NCBI GenBank assembly: GCA_964439805.1
Contig: CAYTOI010000001.1
Location: 3,573 to 67,572, forward strand
Direction of reading: 5' to 3'
Length of the DNA: 64,000 nt
DNA from: an uncultured Pseudomonadales bacterium
GTDB lineage: Bacteria > Patescibacteriota > Microgenomatia > UBA1400 > MFAQ01
In this document: in pieces, positions 10,108-19,494 of the stretch
How positions within the stretch are numbered: position 1 is the first letter of the stretch
Layout: each line of letters begins with the position of its first letter
Program-made: the position numbers and the translations under genes
Notes under the pieces: model-generated
Told to the model about the DNA's origin: nothing
The model's input: only the letters and a program-made list of their open reading frames with translations
Databases searched by the model: none

Positions 10108-10462
10108 ACCTCTTTAAGGCCTCTAGCGTAGATTGAGATAGAAATCCCAATACGGCGTTCATCTTATCCATAGAACCTATTGCCAAGGCTAACCACCCGG
10201 ATACTTTTTTTCTTGAGTCCTCCACTATTAGAAAAGCGTTTTTGACGCCAGATATTTCTAGCTGTTCTCCAGTCACCTCATCTTCAACCAAAATAGTCAC
10301 CGGATTACCACTCTTACCCAAATTAAGATCTCCATTAATCATCATTTCTTGAGGCCAAGTTTTGTTTTGGACAAAATCAGTCTGCTCTTCAGCTACACTT
10401 GAAGCTCTTATCACTCGGTCTTGAAGTTTTTTGATTTTCTTCTTCTTAATCATTCTCCTCAT
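10094..10462 (-). CDS. Hypothetical protein
   Basis: 122-aa ORF filling the gap between the tRNA and the recombinase. Confidence 0.6.
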   Translation of the reverse strand: MRRMIKKKKIKKLQDRVIRASSVAEEQTDFVQNKTWPQEMMINGDLNLGKSGNPVTILVEDEVTGEQLEISGVKNAFLIVEDSRKKVSGWLALAIGSMDKMNAVLGFLSQSTLEALKRFTGR

Positions 10463-10475
10463 TTTATCATTGATG

Positions 10476-10549
10476 TGGGCCGACCTGGATTCGAACCAGG
10501 GACATCGAAGGTATAAGCTTCGCGCTCTAACCAGCTGAGCTATCGGCCC
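10476..10549 (-). tRNA. tRNA-Ile with TAT (UAU) anticodon
   Basis: GGGCCGA/TCGGCCC acceptor, TAGCTCAGCTGGTTAGAGC D arm, CGAAG-CTTATAC-CTTCG anticodon arm, GGTTCGAATCC T arm. Confidence 0.93.
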
Positions 10550-10611
10550 AAAGTAAAGCTATTATATCAAGCACGTAACAGCAAAACCACGTACTAACCA
10601 CTTTGCACCAA

Positions 10612-12933
10612 TCACAGCTTCGACCTTCTCTCTATCTCCTCTTCTACCTCATCAGCATCTCTCCCAAACTTTAATCTAGACAGTTCTTTTACCATCTTAG
10701 CCACTTCTGGACTACCAGCGGCTTTTTCTGCCTTAAGATCTCTACCGACATTCATCGAAAAAGGAGGAACCGGAGTACCATTAATAATTGTTTTAACATA
10801 GATATTTTGAGCTGGAACGTTACCCAGATCAGCTTCGTTAAACACAGGTTCAAAATCCTTAACCAGTATTTGAGCATCTTGAACACCTACTCTGTAGGTC
10901 ATCAAGGTACCGGTATTCCCAAAGATAGCATCTCTTACTTGCTGATCCAGCTGACTCACAAACTGGTTAGCCATAATTAACCCCATGCCATACTTTCTAA
11001 CCTCAGAAAGCATCTGGGCAAAATCTGGGGTGGCAAAGTTTTGAAACTCGTCGATATAAAAGTAAAAAGGTCTTCGTTGTTCCTTTGGAGTATCCTGTCG
11101 AGAAAGTGCCGCCGCCAAAATTTTTGGCACCACTAGGTTACCCAAGAAACTAGAGTCTTCTTCTCCCAACAAACCCTTAGCAAGTTTCAAAAACACAATT
11201 TTCCCAGTATCCATGGCATCTCTAAAATTTAGAGTACTCTTGGCCTGACCAATGATATTACGAATCATTTTGTTTGTAACAAAGCGACCAAACTTAGAAG
11301 AAATATAGTCCAAGGTCTCACTCTTATGAAAATCACTTGTTTGAGCTATCTGATCAGTCCAGTATCGTCGAACTATTGGATCTTTAACCAAAGGAAGAAT
11401 CTCTTGAACGTATTTGGGATCAGTTAAGACTCTGTTTACTTCCACAAAAGTTGCCCCGGGCACACAACCAACGGTAAGCATGGCGTTACGCACAGAATGC
11501 TCAAACCTGGCTCCAACCATACCAGTTCTATTCGGATCAAACAGCTTATACATCAAGTTAATAATTGCCGAAGCCACCTGATACATCTCGTCATAATTCA
11601 AAACTTCCATGATATTAAAGCCTACAGGTCTTTCCTTATCAGATGGATCAAACAGAACAACATCTTCAGCTCTCTCTGGTGGAACTAGTTCTAGTAACTC
11701 TTCAATACCATCACCATGAGGCTCCATAAAACAAAGTCCTCTTCCCGCTCTCATGTCTTGAATAATCATCGACTTCAAAAGTTCAGTTTTACCTGTACCA
11801 GTTCTACCTATGATGTACATGTGCTTCATACGGTCTGTTTCACCCATATAAATGTTTCGCTCTTGACCTCTATATACAGATCTTCCTAACAACATTCCTT
11901 CAGAAGGAAAACCACCAGTTGCAGGGGCGCTCTTCGCCGTCAGCCAATAAATGTGTGGTGTCTCGATAGTTTTGTTAGGCAAATGCCAAACCGCCGCCAA
12001 TTCATCTGTCGACAATACTGAGTTGTTTCCCCACATGTTCTGATATCGATAAATAATATCAAGCATGAAGGAGTGCTTAAACTTAATTTTGTTACTACTA
12101 AAACTGTTTTGATTGCTATTAAACTGAGAAAAAACTCCTTTAACGTTGCTTAAATTCGCCTTGGCTGTTTCTCCATTCGGAGAAATACTAACAAGTCTTA
12201 TACTGGTCAAAAAACCCTGCTTACCACACTTATTTGTAATTGCTTCCAGTTCCTGGGGATTCATCTTAAACTTGGCTTTTTCAGGATCAGATTCGTCTTT
12301 CTTCAATTTGGAGACATAGCCCAGTCCAGACTTGGACCACTCACTTTCAGCCGGAGAAATCACTATTTGTACAATCATCGCTTCGTCATCGCTAAACTTT
12401 GCAAGAGAAGAAGTAAGTGAAGATAAAAAGTCTACCGGCATTTCCTTAAACGATTTAAGTGGCTTAAAACTCTCATTTTTTAGCACCAATTCAGCAAACT
12501 CAACTTTTGTGTCTTTATAAAAGACATTGTATTCATCCACCTTCAAAACTTGAGAGCCGGGATAAGTTCCAACAACCATTTTTTCAATCAGCTCTACATT
12601 GTTTTTATGACAAGAAATATAAAACCTAATATCCTCCTTTTTACCTACAATTTCCAAAGACAAGTGTTGTTGTGCTGCAAACTTCTGCCAAAAACCACCT
12701 TTTTTAAGGGAATACAAAGAACTAAACATTTGTTCCACCGCCTCTACTTTTATCTCATTATCTTTTGGCACGGCTATCTCCAAAAGTACAAAATTCATAC
12801 TAACCTCTTCCCTATTTCTAAACCGAAGCCAAATCACAAAAATCATCCAACAAAAAACAATCAAGGCTGTGATTATTAAGATTCCAAAACCCAAAACTGC
12901 CAAATAAAGCATCAGGTCTCCAGTATTAATCAT
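10612..12933 (-). CDS. Membrane-anchored VirD4/TraD/HerA-like P-loop ATPase
   Basis: N-terminal TM, HMYIIGRTGTGKT Walker A, FYIDEFQNF Walker B, ANQF..QL, AIFGN. Confidence 0.88.
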   Translation of the reverse strand: MINTGDLMLYLAVLGFGILIITALIVFCWMIFVIWLRFRNREEVSMNFVLLEIAVPKDNEIKVEAVEQMFSSLYSLKKGGFWQKFAAQQHLSLEIVGKKEDIRFYISCHKNNVELIEKMVVGTYPGSQVLKVDEYNVFYKDTKVEFAELVLKNESFKPLKSFKEMPVDFLSSLTSSLAKFSDDEAMIVQIVISPAESEWSKSGLGYVSKLKKDESDPEKAKFKMNPQELEAITNKCGKQGFLTSIRLVSISPNGETAKANLSNVKGVFSQFNSNQNSFSSNKIKFKHSFMLDIIYRYQNMWGNNSVLSTDELAAVWHLPNKTIETPHIYWLTAKSAPATGGFPSEGMLLGRSVYRGQERNIYMGETDRMKHMYIIGRTGTGKTELLKSMIIQDMRAGRGLCFMEPHGDGIEELLELVPPERAEDVVLFDPSDKERPVGFNIMEVLNYDEMYQVASAIINLMYKLFDPNRTGMVGARFEHSVRNAMLTVGCVPGATFVEVNRVLTDPKYVQEILPLVKDPIVRRYWTDQIAQTSDFHKSETLDYISSKFGRFVTNKMIRNIIGQAKSTLNFRDAMDTGKIVFLKLAKGLLGEEDSSFLGNLVVPKILAAALSRQDTPKEQRRPFYFYIDEFQNFATPDFAQMLSEVRKYGMGLIMANQFVSQLDQQVRDAIFGNTGTLMTYRVGVQDAQILVKDFEPVFNEADLGNVPAQNIYVKTIINGTPVPPFSMNVGRDLKAEKAAGSPEVAKMVKELSRLKFGRDADEVEEEIERRSKL

Positions 12934-13294
12934 AGGTACTATCTTTAGAACTACTATAAAAAACTCTTCCTGGGTATTTTTTTATCATCATTACACACCA
13001 CTCAGAAAGCCAACGTATACCTTCTACAACATTGCCTTTAAAGCCAGAAACAATATCTTTTTCAGTAAGTGGAAGAACAATCTTTTTTATATTGGGGTCA
13101 ACCGGTGGACTACTTAAGGGCTTATTAGTCAAAGTGAGATCTGAAACACCTGCTCCTGGCTGGCTACCCTGATTATCTTTGAGTGAGGTTTCCGTACTTC
13201 TTTCTACCTTCTCTATATAGTTCTCCACCTCCTTAACTGCAATAGATTCAGGAGTATCAATCGGGCGCTGTAGTTCTTTACCCATTGGAGGCAT
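12926..13294 (-). CDS. Hypothetical protein overlapping the ATPase start
   Basis: 8-nt overlap with the ATPase start; C-terminal LPLT...RWLSEWC; -10-like TATATT upstream of ATG 13294. Confidence 0.7.
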   Translation of the reverse strand: MPPMGKELQRPIDTPESIAVKEVENYIEKVERSTETSLKDNQGSQPGAGVSDLTLTNKPLSSPPVDPNIKKIVLPLTEKDIVSGFKGNVVEGIRWLSEWCVMMIKKYPGRVFYSSSKDSTYD

Positions 13295-13566
13295 ACTTAA
13301 ATATACCAATTTTCAATACAAATAACGATACTTACCTAAAAACAGCCAAATATAACAAAAACTATAGTGTTTAGGCACTGTAACATCAGTTAGAGGAAAA
13401 AATCGAACATTAAAACTGGATTAAGGGAGAAACTGATCTATATATCAGCATTTTTTAGCCCAAACAAACACTTATCAATGTCAACAAAAGAGTGATAGTA
13501 AACAAAATTACCTAATTAAATTAAAAACCTTTTTTAATCCGCTGTCAACATCATCCAAAATATAAC

Positions 13567-13616
13567 AAAAGAGATCAAAGACATTCCTATAGTATCATAA
13601 AAAGTCTTTGATCTCT
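13567..13616 (-). terminator. Probable terminator after nrdJ
   Basis: 13-bp inverted repeat AGAGATCAAAGAC/GTCTTTGATCTCT followed by a T run on the - strand. Confidence 0.6.
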
Positions 13617-13622
13617 AGTGGA

Positions 13623-15920
13623 CTAAACTTTCCCCTCGGAATAGTCTATGTCACAGGCACCTGCCACACATGCCAATTCTTGTGCGGCTTTTGTATAATC
13701 TTCCTCTTCATATCGGTAAAGTTTACTAAAATCTATCGGAGGAAAGGCGTTCGCCAGTTTTTCGTATTCTTCCCTATCAATCTCTTGATAAGGCATCTGA
13801 GCATAAGCAGCATCAAAGGCTGGTAAGAACGCCATGCCACCTATCAGCTCCCTGTTGGTCCACACCCACTTTATCAGGTCAATTACTTCGTCAGGATAGT
13901 AGGTTATTGTTACGCTGGGGTTGTGTTCAGTCCAGTTAACCTTGTTCTGCAGCCAATAATTACACTGGTCTATTGCTGTCATATTTTTTCTAGTTACTGC
14001 CCCTTCAGGAGACTTAACAGGGAAATGAACCACCCAAGTACTAGCTGAATCTGCTGTTTGTCCATTTTCAGGATCCATAGGAACACCTTCATCCTTCAAT
14101 ACTTTGTAAATTGGAGAGTGCGCGCTAACCCTAATATTTCTTACATAATAAGGCGCCCATCTAGCGTGTATTCCAGAAGAACAGTTAAACAGCTGGGAAG
14201 AGTTCCCTGAAGGCTTTACACAAGTTACTGCAGCCGCCTGATTAATTCCCAACTTTTGTGCATATACCCTATTTGTCTCAACCGCCACTTGTCTCAGTCT
14301 ATTTTGAACAGAAGCGTCTTGGGCCACAGCGCTGTCTAATTGTCCATTGATATCTACACCCAGAAGTCTCTCTTCTTCACAGTTTTGTTTCCAAATTGGT
14401 CTAAGACCAGGAAAATTAGTAGCCATCGATTGAATTGTTCCAATTATTGCCGCTACTTCAACTTTGTCTTTTAGGGTTTCATAAGTATCTTCTTTTCGAG
14501 CAATAGCTATAGACAAATTACAAAACTGAAAAGGCCTAAGTATTATTTCTCCACAAGGATTGGTTCCAAACTCCGCCTCTGCTCTTCTTGCTGGCCTCAT
14601 GTTTTTAGCACCCTGTCTATTAAAGATACCAGGCTCACCTCTTCCAGTTTCCACCATTTCCATCATCTGCTTCACAATATCTAGCTGAGTCAAGCCAGAT
14701 GCTGGCCAAACAGCACTATTATTAGCATTCCACCTCTGACTATTTTCTCTTTCAAAGTCTCCAGACTTACACTGCCTCATTTCGTTGTCGTCATAATCAA
14801 ATAAAGAGATCATTGCAGTTCTTCTCATGCCTCCAGAAACCGCCGCGTTACCGACTTCGCACATAATGTCGTGGGCATCTATTGGTCGTAAAAAGCTACC
14901 CTGTCTATTCAACAATCTCTCTTTGACAAACTCCATCATTTTTCTAAATGGTTCTGGTCCTGAAGATCGACCTCCCTTAACTTTTAAAATTGCTCCAGCC
15001 GGTCTCAATCCAGAATAGTCAAACTTTACATCTCCACCATCAAACCAAACTTCCAGACCCTTTCTAAGAGCGTCAGCCCAACCCTCGGTGGTATCTTCTA
15101 CAAAATGGGTAAGTTGCTCACTGCCATTTTGTCTTTTTATTCTAGGTAAATTTTCTACATATTTACTTTCTACCGAAAAACCAACTCCACAACCATTCAT
15201 AGAAATAAGTAGTGCCTCAACAAACGAATCAATACTGTCAACTGGCTGATAGGAACAGTTATAAATTCCAATATTACTTCTTCGCGCTGCTGGACCTGCC
15301 ATGGCCAAAAGTCTCATTGAAGGGGCCGCTTTCATCTCAAGCATCGATTTCTGAATTCGATCATAGTCGCTAGAATCCAAAAGATTATTTGAAATTTCTT
15401 TTAGATAGTCAACAGCTCTTGTTACAGTCTCTTTCCAGGTTTCTCTTCTACCATAATCGTAATTAAATCTAGAGTATTTATCAAAAAATTGAAATTTTTG
15501 AATTTCGTTACCGAAGTACACATCACTTTCGGCAAACGAATTTTGCACTTCAACAGGTACTGGTCTTGCCCCACGAAGCTTAGCGTGTTCTGCTCTATAC
15601 AAAATATAGCTCTTGGCCGCCTCAAACTCACCAGCAGCAAGAAGCACCATCTCCACCGTGTCTTGAACTTGTTCCACGGTAGGCTTTTCATATTTAGTAC
15701 CAATTAAATTGACCACTCTGTTACCAAGCTCTTCAAAACTAACACTGGGATCTTTATCAATATCTCCAAAACAGGCTTCTAGAGCTCTGGTAATTTTATC
15801 TAGCTCAAAAGGAACAAGCCTGCCATCCCTTTTTGTAATTTCAGTAGGTATTCTAACTCCCACCTTTGTCACCACTTCTTTTTGAGATTTTATTTTTTTT
15901 GATTTTTTGATTTTTTTCAT
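13623..15920 (-). CDS. nrdJ: Class II (adenosylcobalamin-dependent) ribonucleotide reductase with N-terminal ATP cone
   Basis: ITKRDG ATP cone, PSMR, YNCSY, GTNPCGEI, TCVKPSG, C-terminal CVAGAC. Confidence 0.92.
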   Translation of the reverse strand: MKKIKKSKKIKSQKEVVTKVGVRIPTEITKRDGRLVPFELDKITRALEACFGDIDKDPSVSFEELGNRVVNLIGTKYEKPTVEQVQDTVEMVLLAAGEFEAAKSYILYRAEHAKLRGARPVPVEVQNSFAESDVYFGNEIQKFQFFDKYSRFNYDYGRRETWKETVTRAVDYLKEISNNLLDSSDYDRIQKSMLEMKAAPSMRLLAMAGPAARRSNIGIYNCSYQPVDSIDSFVEALLISMNGCGVGFSVESKYVENLPRIKRQNGSEQLTHFVEDTTEGWADALRKGLEVWFDGGDVKFDYSGLRPAGAILKVKGGRSSGPEPFRKMMEFVKERLLNRQGSFLRPIDAHDIMCEVGNAAVSGGMRRTAMISLFDYDDNEMRQCKSGDFERENSQRWNANNSAVWPASGLTQLDIVKQMMEMVETGRGEPGIFNRQGAKNMRPARRAEAEFGTNPCGEIILRPFQFCNLSIAIARKEDTYETLKDKVEVAAIIGTIQSMATNFPGLRPIWKQNCEEERLLGVDINGQLDSAVAQDASVQNRLRQVAVETNRVYAQKLGINQAAAVTCVKPSGNSSQLFNCSSGIHARWAPYYVRNIRVSAHSPIYKVLKDEGVPMDPENGQTADSASTWVVHFPVKSPEGAVTRKNMTAIDQCNYWLQNKVNWTEHNPSVTITYYPDEVIDLIKWVWTNRELIGGMAFLPAFDAAYAQMPYQEIDREEYEKLANAFPPIDFSKLYRYEEEDYTKAAQELACVAGACDIDYSEGKV

Positions 15921-15928
15921 ATTTTTTA

Positions 15929-16381
15929 TTAATTAATTACTATTTCGTTAACAAATTTTTTAAAGTCAGTTAAGCCAGAAAAGTCCATGTAAACACTAGC
16001 AAACCTCAAATAAGCCAAATTATCAATTTTTTTAAGACTAGCCAGCACCATTTTCCCAATATCACAGGATTTGACTTCAGTAGATTTACTATTTAGGAGC
16101 TTTCCCTCAATTTTGTCCACAACTTCTTCCAACCTCTCAATTCTCACACTTCTCTTATAACAAGCCTTAATCACCCCCTTCATCAACTTTTCCCTATCGT
16201 ACTGCTCAACCTTTCCATTTTTTTTGATGACTTTCAGGTCAATATTTACAATCCTTTCATGGGTAGTAAACCTTTTGTTGCACTTTAAGCATTTTCTTCT
16301 ACGACGAATACCATCACCAGAGCCCAAGACTCTGCTTTCCAGTACCGAAGTTTCTTCTTTGTTGCAATAAGGACAGTTCAT
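15929..16381 (-). CDS. nrdR: Transcriptional repressor NrdR
   Basis: MNCPYC...RRRRKC..C..RFTTHE, ATP cone, AYLRFASVY. Confidence 0.96.
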   Translation of the reverse strand: MNCPYCNKEETSVLESRVLGSGDGIRRRRKCLKCNKRFTTHERIVNIDLKVIKKNGKVEQYDREKLMKGVIKACYKRSVRIERLEEVVDKIEGKLLNSKSTEVKSCDIGKMVLASLKKIDNLAYLRFASVYMDFSGLTDFKKFVNEIVIN

Positions 16382-16386
16382 AATTA

Positions 16387-16434
16387 ACACAACATATAGT
16401 GTTAACAATCATCATCAAACACCACCAATAGTAT
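16387..16434. promoter_or_regulatory. Tandem NrdR boxes
   Basis: ACACAACATATAGTGT (16387-16402) and ACACCACCAATAGTAT (16419-16434), 32 bp apart, just upstream of nrdR. Confidence 0.8.
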
Positions 16435-16499
16435 TTCAACTATCACAAAATAATACAAAAACAATCATTAAGGCCAATTTCCGCAAAATCTTCCGCAAA

Positions 16500-17075
16500 T
16501 TAAACCAAACTTCCCAAATTCAATACAGTTCTCGCCAGTATCGATCCTGTCACATTTCTAGATTCAAGTCTCACATAAGCATTTATCATCGCTGAAGAAA
16601 ATACAAATATTAACACTACAATTCCTTGCCAAAAGTCCAGTTTGTAACTAAACAGGAGAATTGGGATTCTCACCAAAGCTGTACAAAACCCTAAAATAAC
16701 CAAGGATAATACCCAATCAGTCTTCTTCTTTAACAAATAACCAAGCAAAAAACCCGAGAAAGCCAACTCTTCCACAATGGCAGTTACCGTAGCTATTCCC
16801 AGCAACTCAATATTAATAGAAAGCACACCTTTCCAAAGACGTGTAATCAGAAAATAAAAAATCGCAGCCATAAACCCATAAAAAATTGACTTAGCAAAAC
16901 CCCCTTCAAACAAACTCACTCTACTTTTCAATGAAACATTCCACCAAAACAAAGGAACCAACCAAATTACTGGTTTAATCCACAACTCCTCAATAACAGG
17001 AGGAAGATTAACAAAATACCTAAAACCGCCCCAAACAATAAGCAAGTACAACGTATATATCAACACCTTCTTCAC
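16500..17075 (-). CDS. CPBP/Abi (CAAX-protease-like) membrane protein
   Basis: Multi-TM with AIVEELAFSGF; the family's conserved His residues appear absent. Confidence 0.65.
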   Translation of the reverse strand: MKKVLIYTLYLLIVWGGFRYFVNLPPVIEELWIKPVIWLVPLFWWNVSLKSRVSLFEGGFAKSIFYGFMAAIFYFLITRLWKGVLSINIELLGIATVTAIVEELAFSGFLLGYLLKKKTDWVLSLVILGFCTALVRIPILLFSYKLDFWQGIVVLIFVFSSAMINAYVRLESRNVTGSILARTVLNLGSLV

Positions 17076-17133
17076 AAACCAATACTATCACAAACAAATA
17101 TCTCAAATCCAAAACATATATAATTAGTCCTAC

Positions 17134-19494
17134 ATGGAATCTTCAAGGAAAAGATTTTTCAAAAATCTAGAAAAATCACTCAAGAAAAAATCTCGTTTTG
17201 GAATAACAAATGCCAAAATTGTCTTAATACTTTTTGGAACTGGTATTCTCGCGTCTCTCTTTGTTTTACTTAAAGATATTCCCAACCCCTCTAAGCTCAT
17301 CAAAACACCTGCCCCTCAAAGCACCAAAATCCTAGATCGCAATGGAGAGTTACTCTACGAGGTCTATTCTGATTACCGACGAACCCCCATATCTTTTCAA
17401 TCAATCCCCCAAGACGTTAAAAATGCCACCATAGCTATAGAAGATAAAAATTTCTACAAACATTTCGGACTGGATACTGTAGCCATTATTAGAGCAGCAT
17501 TTAACACTTTAAGTGGAAAAAGATTAGAAGGCGGATCAACCATTACCCAACAACTAGTCAAAAATTCACTTCTCTCTGACTCCAGAAGAACATTAAGCCG
17601 AAAACTAAAAGAAGCTGTTCTTTCAATCGCCACAGAATTTACCTATACCAAAGATGAAATCTTAGAGCTTTATCTAAACCACGCTCCTTATGGCGGTACA
17701 GTTTACGGTATCGAAACTGCCTCAGAAACTTATTTTGGTAAGCCCGCAAAGGACCTTACACTTCCAGAATCAGCTTTGCTTGCAGGTCTACCTCAATCCC
17801 CCACCAGATATTCTCCCTTTGGCGCAAACCCAGACTTGGCAATTAATAGACAAAGAGAAGTACTAAGAAGAATGTTTGAAGATGGATATATTAATCAAGA
17901 TCAGTATGATCAAGCAAAAAACACCAAGCTAAACTTCATCAAAAAAAATATTTCCATAAACGCTCCTCACTTTTCTTTAATGGTTAGAGATCAACTGGTT
18001 CAAAAGTACGGTGAAGAACTGGTAAACCTTGGAGGGCTAACCGTCACCACTACCCTAGACCTAGCTCTTCAAAATTATTTCCAAGCTTCCCTTTCTGCAG
18101 AACTGAAAAAAATAGCCAAATTAAAAATCAGTAACGGTGCAGCTTTAGTCACCAAACCCAACACAGGTGAAATAATCTCACTTGTCGGATCAAAAGATTA
18201 CTACGACAACGAAATTGACGGACAAGTAAATATTGCAAACGCTCTAAGACAGCCTGGAAGTTCAATTAAACCTTTAAACTACGCAACAGGACTCTTGTTG
18301 GGCTGGCCCACTAGCCTTGTCTACTTAGATGTACCAACTTGTTTCAACGTTGCTGGCCAAAAATCCTATTGCCCAAAAAACTACGACAACACTTTTAGAG
18401 GACCAGTTTCTATGCGACAATCTCTCGCCAACTCTTTAAACATCTCCGCAGTTAAACAACTTGCCCTCAACGGCTCGGAAAGTTTTATTGCCACAGCTTC
18501 AGCCATGGGAATTTCAACCTGGACTGATTCAAGTAAATATGGACTTTCTCTGACCCTAGGCGGAGGAGAAGTTACCATGACTGATTTGGCCAAAGCCTTT
18601 GGTACTTTTGCTAACCAGGGAGTAACAGTCCCTCTGGTTTCTGTCCTAAAAGTAGTTACATATGACGGTAAAGTGCTAGAGGAATATGACGCAGAAAAAA
18701 CTGCAAATTTAGTTTCTGTTCTTCCAGAAGACTGGACAACCTTTTGGGCAAACCAAACAAATCCCAACCCTAACAGACTTCCCTCAGATCCAAAAGCCAC
18801 TCTCCCAAATGAAGTAACCTTTATAATTTCTGACATACTTGCAGACAACGGTGCACGATCTGCAGCCTTTGGACCCAGTAGTTCTTTAGTTGTTCCAGGG
18901 CATACCGTCTCTGTAAAAACAGGAACCACAAACGATCTAAAAGATAACTGGACCATCGGATATACACCAGATTATCTTGCGGTAACATGGGTAGGCAACA
19001 ACGACAACACTTCCATGAGTTATGTCGCCTCTGGAGTTACTGGAGCTTCTCCAATTTGGAACTCAATTATGAGAAAACTTCTAAAAGAGGTCAAAGACAA
19101 GCCACTCTCAAAACCAGACGGAATTACAAATTTTCAAGTATGCAACCTAACTGGATTACTTGCTCAACAGGAAAATCAGTGTGAATCTCACTCCGAGTAT
19201 TTCATCAAAAATGTGCTACCCATGGGACAATCTTCATTCCCAACCAAAAAATCCATCTGGGTTAGTCGTGCCGACAAAACTCCAATATTAGAAAATGACA
19301 CCACTACTATTGATAGAGACTTAGAGGAACATACAGTCATTTCAGATCCTTTTGTCAAGGAGTTTTGCTTGGACTGCAACTATCCAGTAAACGACAAGGG
19401 AAATATTCAATGGCCTCAAACCAATGTCAACATGACTGCCTTTTACGCTACTCCAAAGTCATATTTAAATACAAATGCCTTCCCCACTCCCTAA
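17134..19494 (+). CDS. Class A penicillin-binding protein (transglycosylase + transpeptidase)
   Basis: EDKNFYKHFG, GGSTITQQLVKN, RKLKE; SxxK (SSIK), SLN, KTGT. Confidence 0.95.
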   Translation: MESSRKRFFKNLEKSLKKKSRFGITNAKIVLILFGTGILASLFVLLKDIPNPSKLIKTPAPQSTKILDRNGELLYEVYSDYRRTPISFQSIPQDVKNATIAIEDKNFYKHFGLDTVAIIRAAFNTLSGKRLEGGSTITQQLVKNSLLSDSRRTLSRKLKEAVLSIATEFTYTKDEILELYLNHAPYGGTVYGIETASETYFGKPAKDLTLPESALLAGLPQSPTRYSPFGANPDLAINRQREVLRRMFEDGYINQDQYDQAKNTKLNFIKKNISINAPHFSLMVRDQLVQKYGEELVNLGGLTVTTTLDLALQNYFQASLSAELKKIAKLKISNGAALVTKPNTGEIISLVGSKDYYDNEIDGQVNIANALRQPGSSIKPLNYATGLLLGWPTSLVYLDVPTCFNVAGQKSYCPKNYDNTFRGPVSMRQSLANSLNISAVKQLALNGSESFIATASAMGISTWTDSSKYGLSLTLGGGEVTMTDLAKAFGTFANQGVTVPLVSVLKVVTYDGKVLEEYDAEKTANLVSVLPEDWTTFWANQTNPNPNRLPSDPKATLPNEVTFIISDILADNGARSAAFGPSSSLVVPGHTVSVKTGTTNDLKDNWTIGYTPDYLAVTWVGNNDNTSMSYVASGVTGASPIWNSIMRKLLKEVKDKPLSKPDGITNFQVCNLTGLLAQQENQCESHSEYFIKNVLPMGQSSFPTKKSIWVSRADKTPILENDTTTIDRDLEEHTVISDPFVKEFCLDCNYPVNDKGNIQWPQTNVNMTAFYATPKSYLNTNAFPTP

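Noticed and set aside
10419-10440. Further octamer copy in ORF 10094 (KKIKKLQD)
   Set aside because: Too degenerate to distinguish from Lys-rich coding sequence.
8582-10549. Recombinase plus tRNAs as a prophage or integrative element
   Set aside because: No duplicated tRNA 3' end (att site) and no phage or conjugation cargo; neighbours are housekeeping genes.
13310-13560. AT-rich gap with two copies of AAATATAACAAAA, considered as oriC, ncRNA or cobalamin riboswitch
   Set aside because: No DnaA boxes or recognisable riboswitch core, and it lies downstream rather than upstream of nrdJ.
18381-18956. 191-aa antisense ORF and the many other short shadow ORFs in the track
   Set aside because: They lie opposite well-supported genes and show no recognisable motifs.
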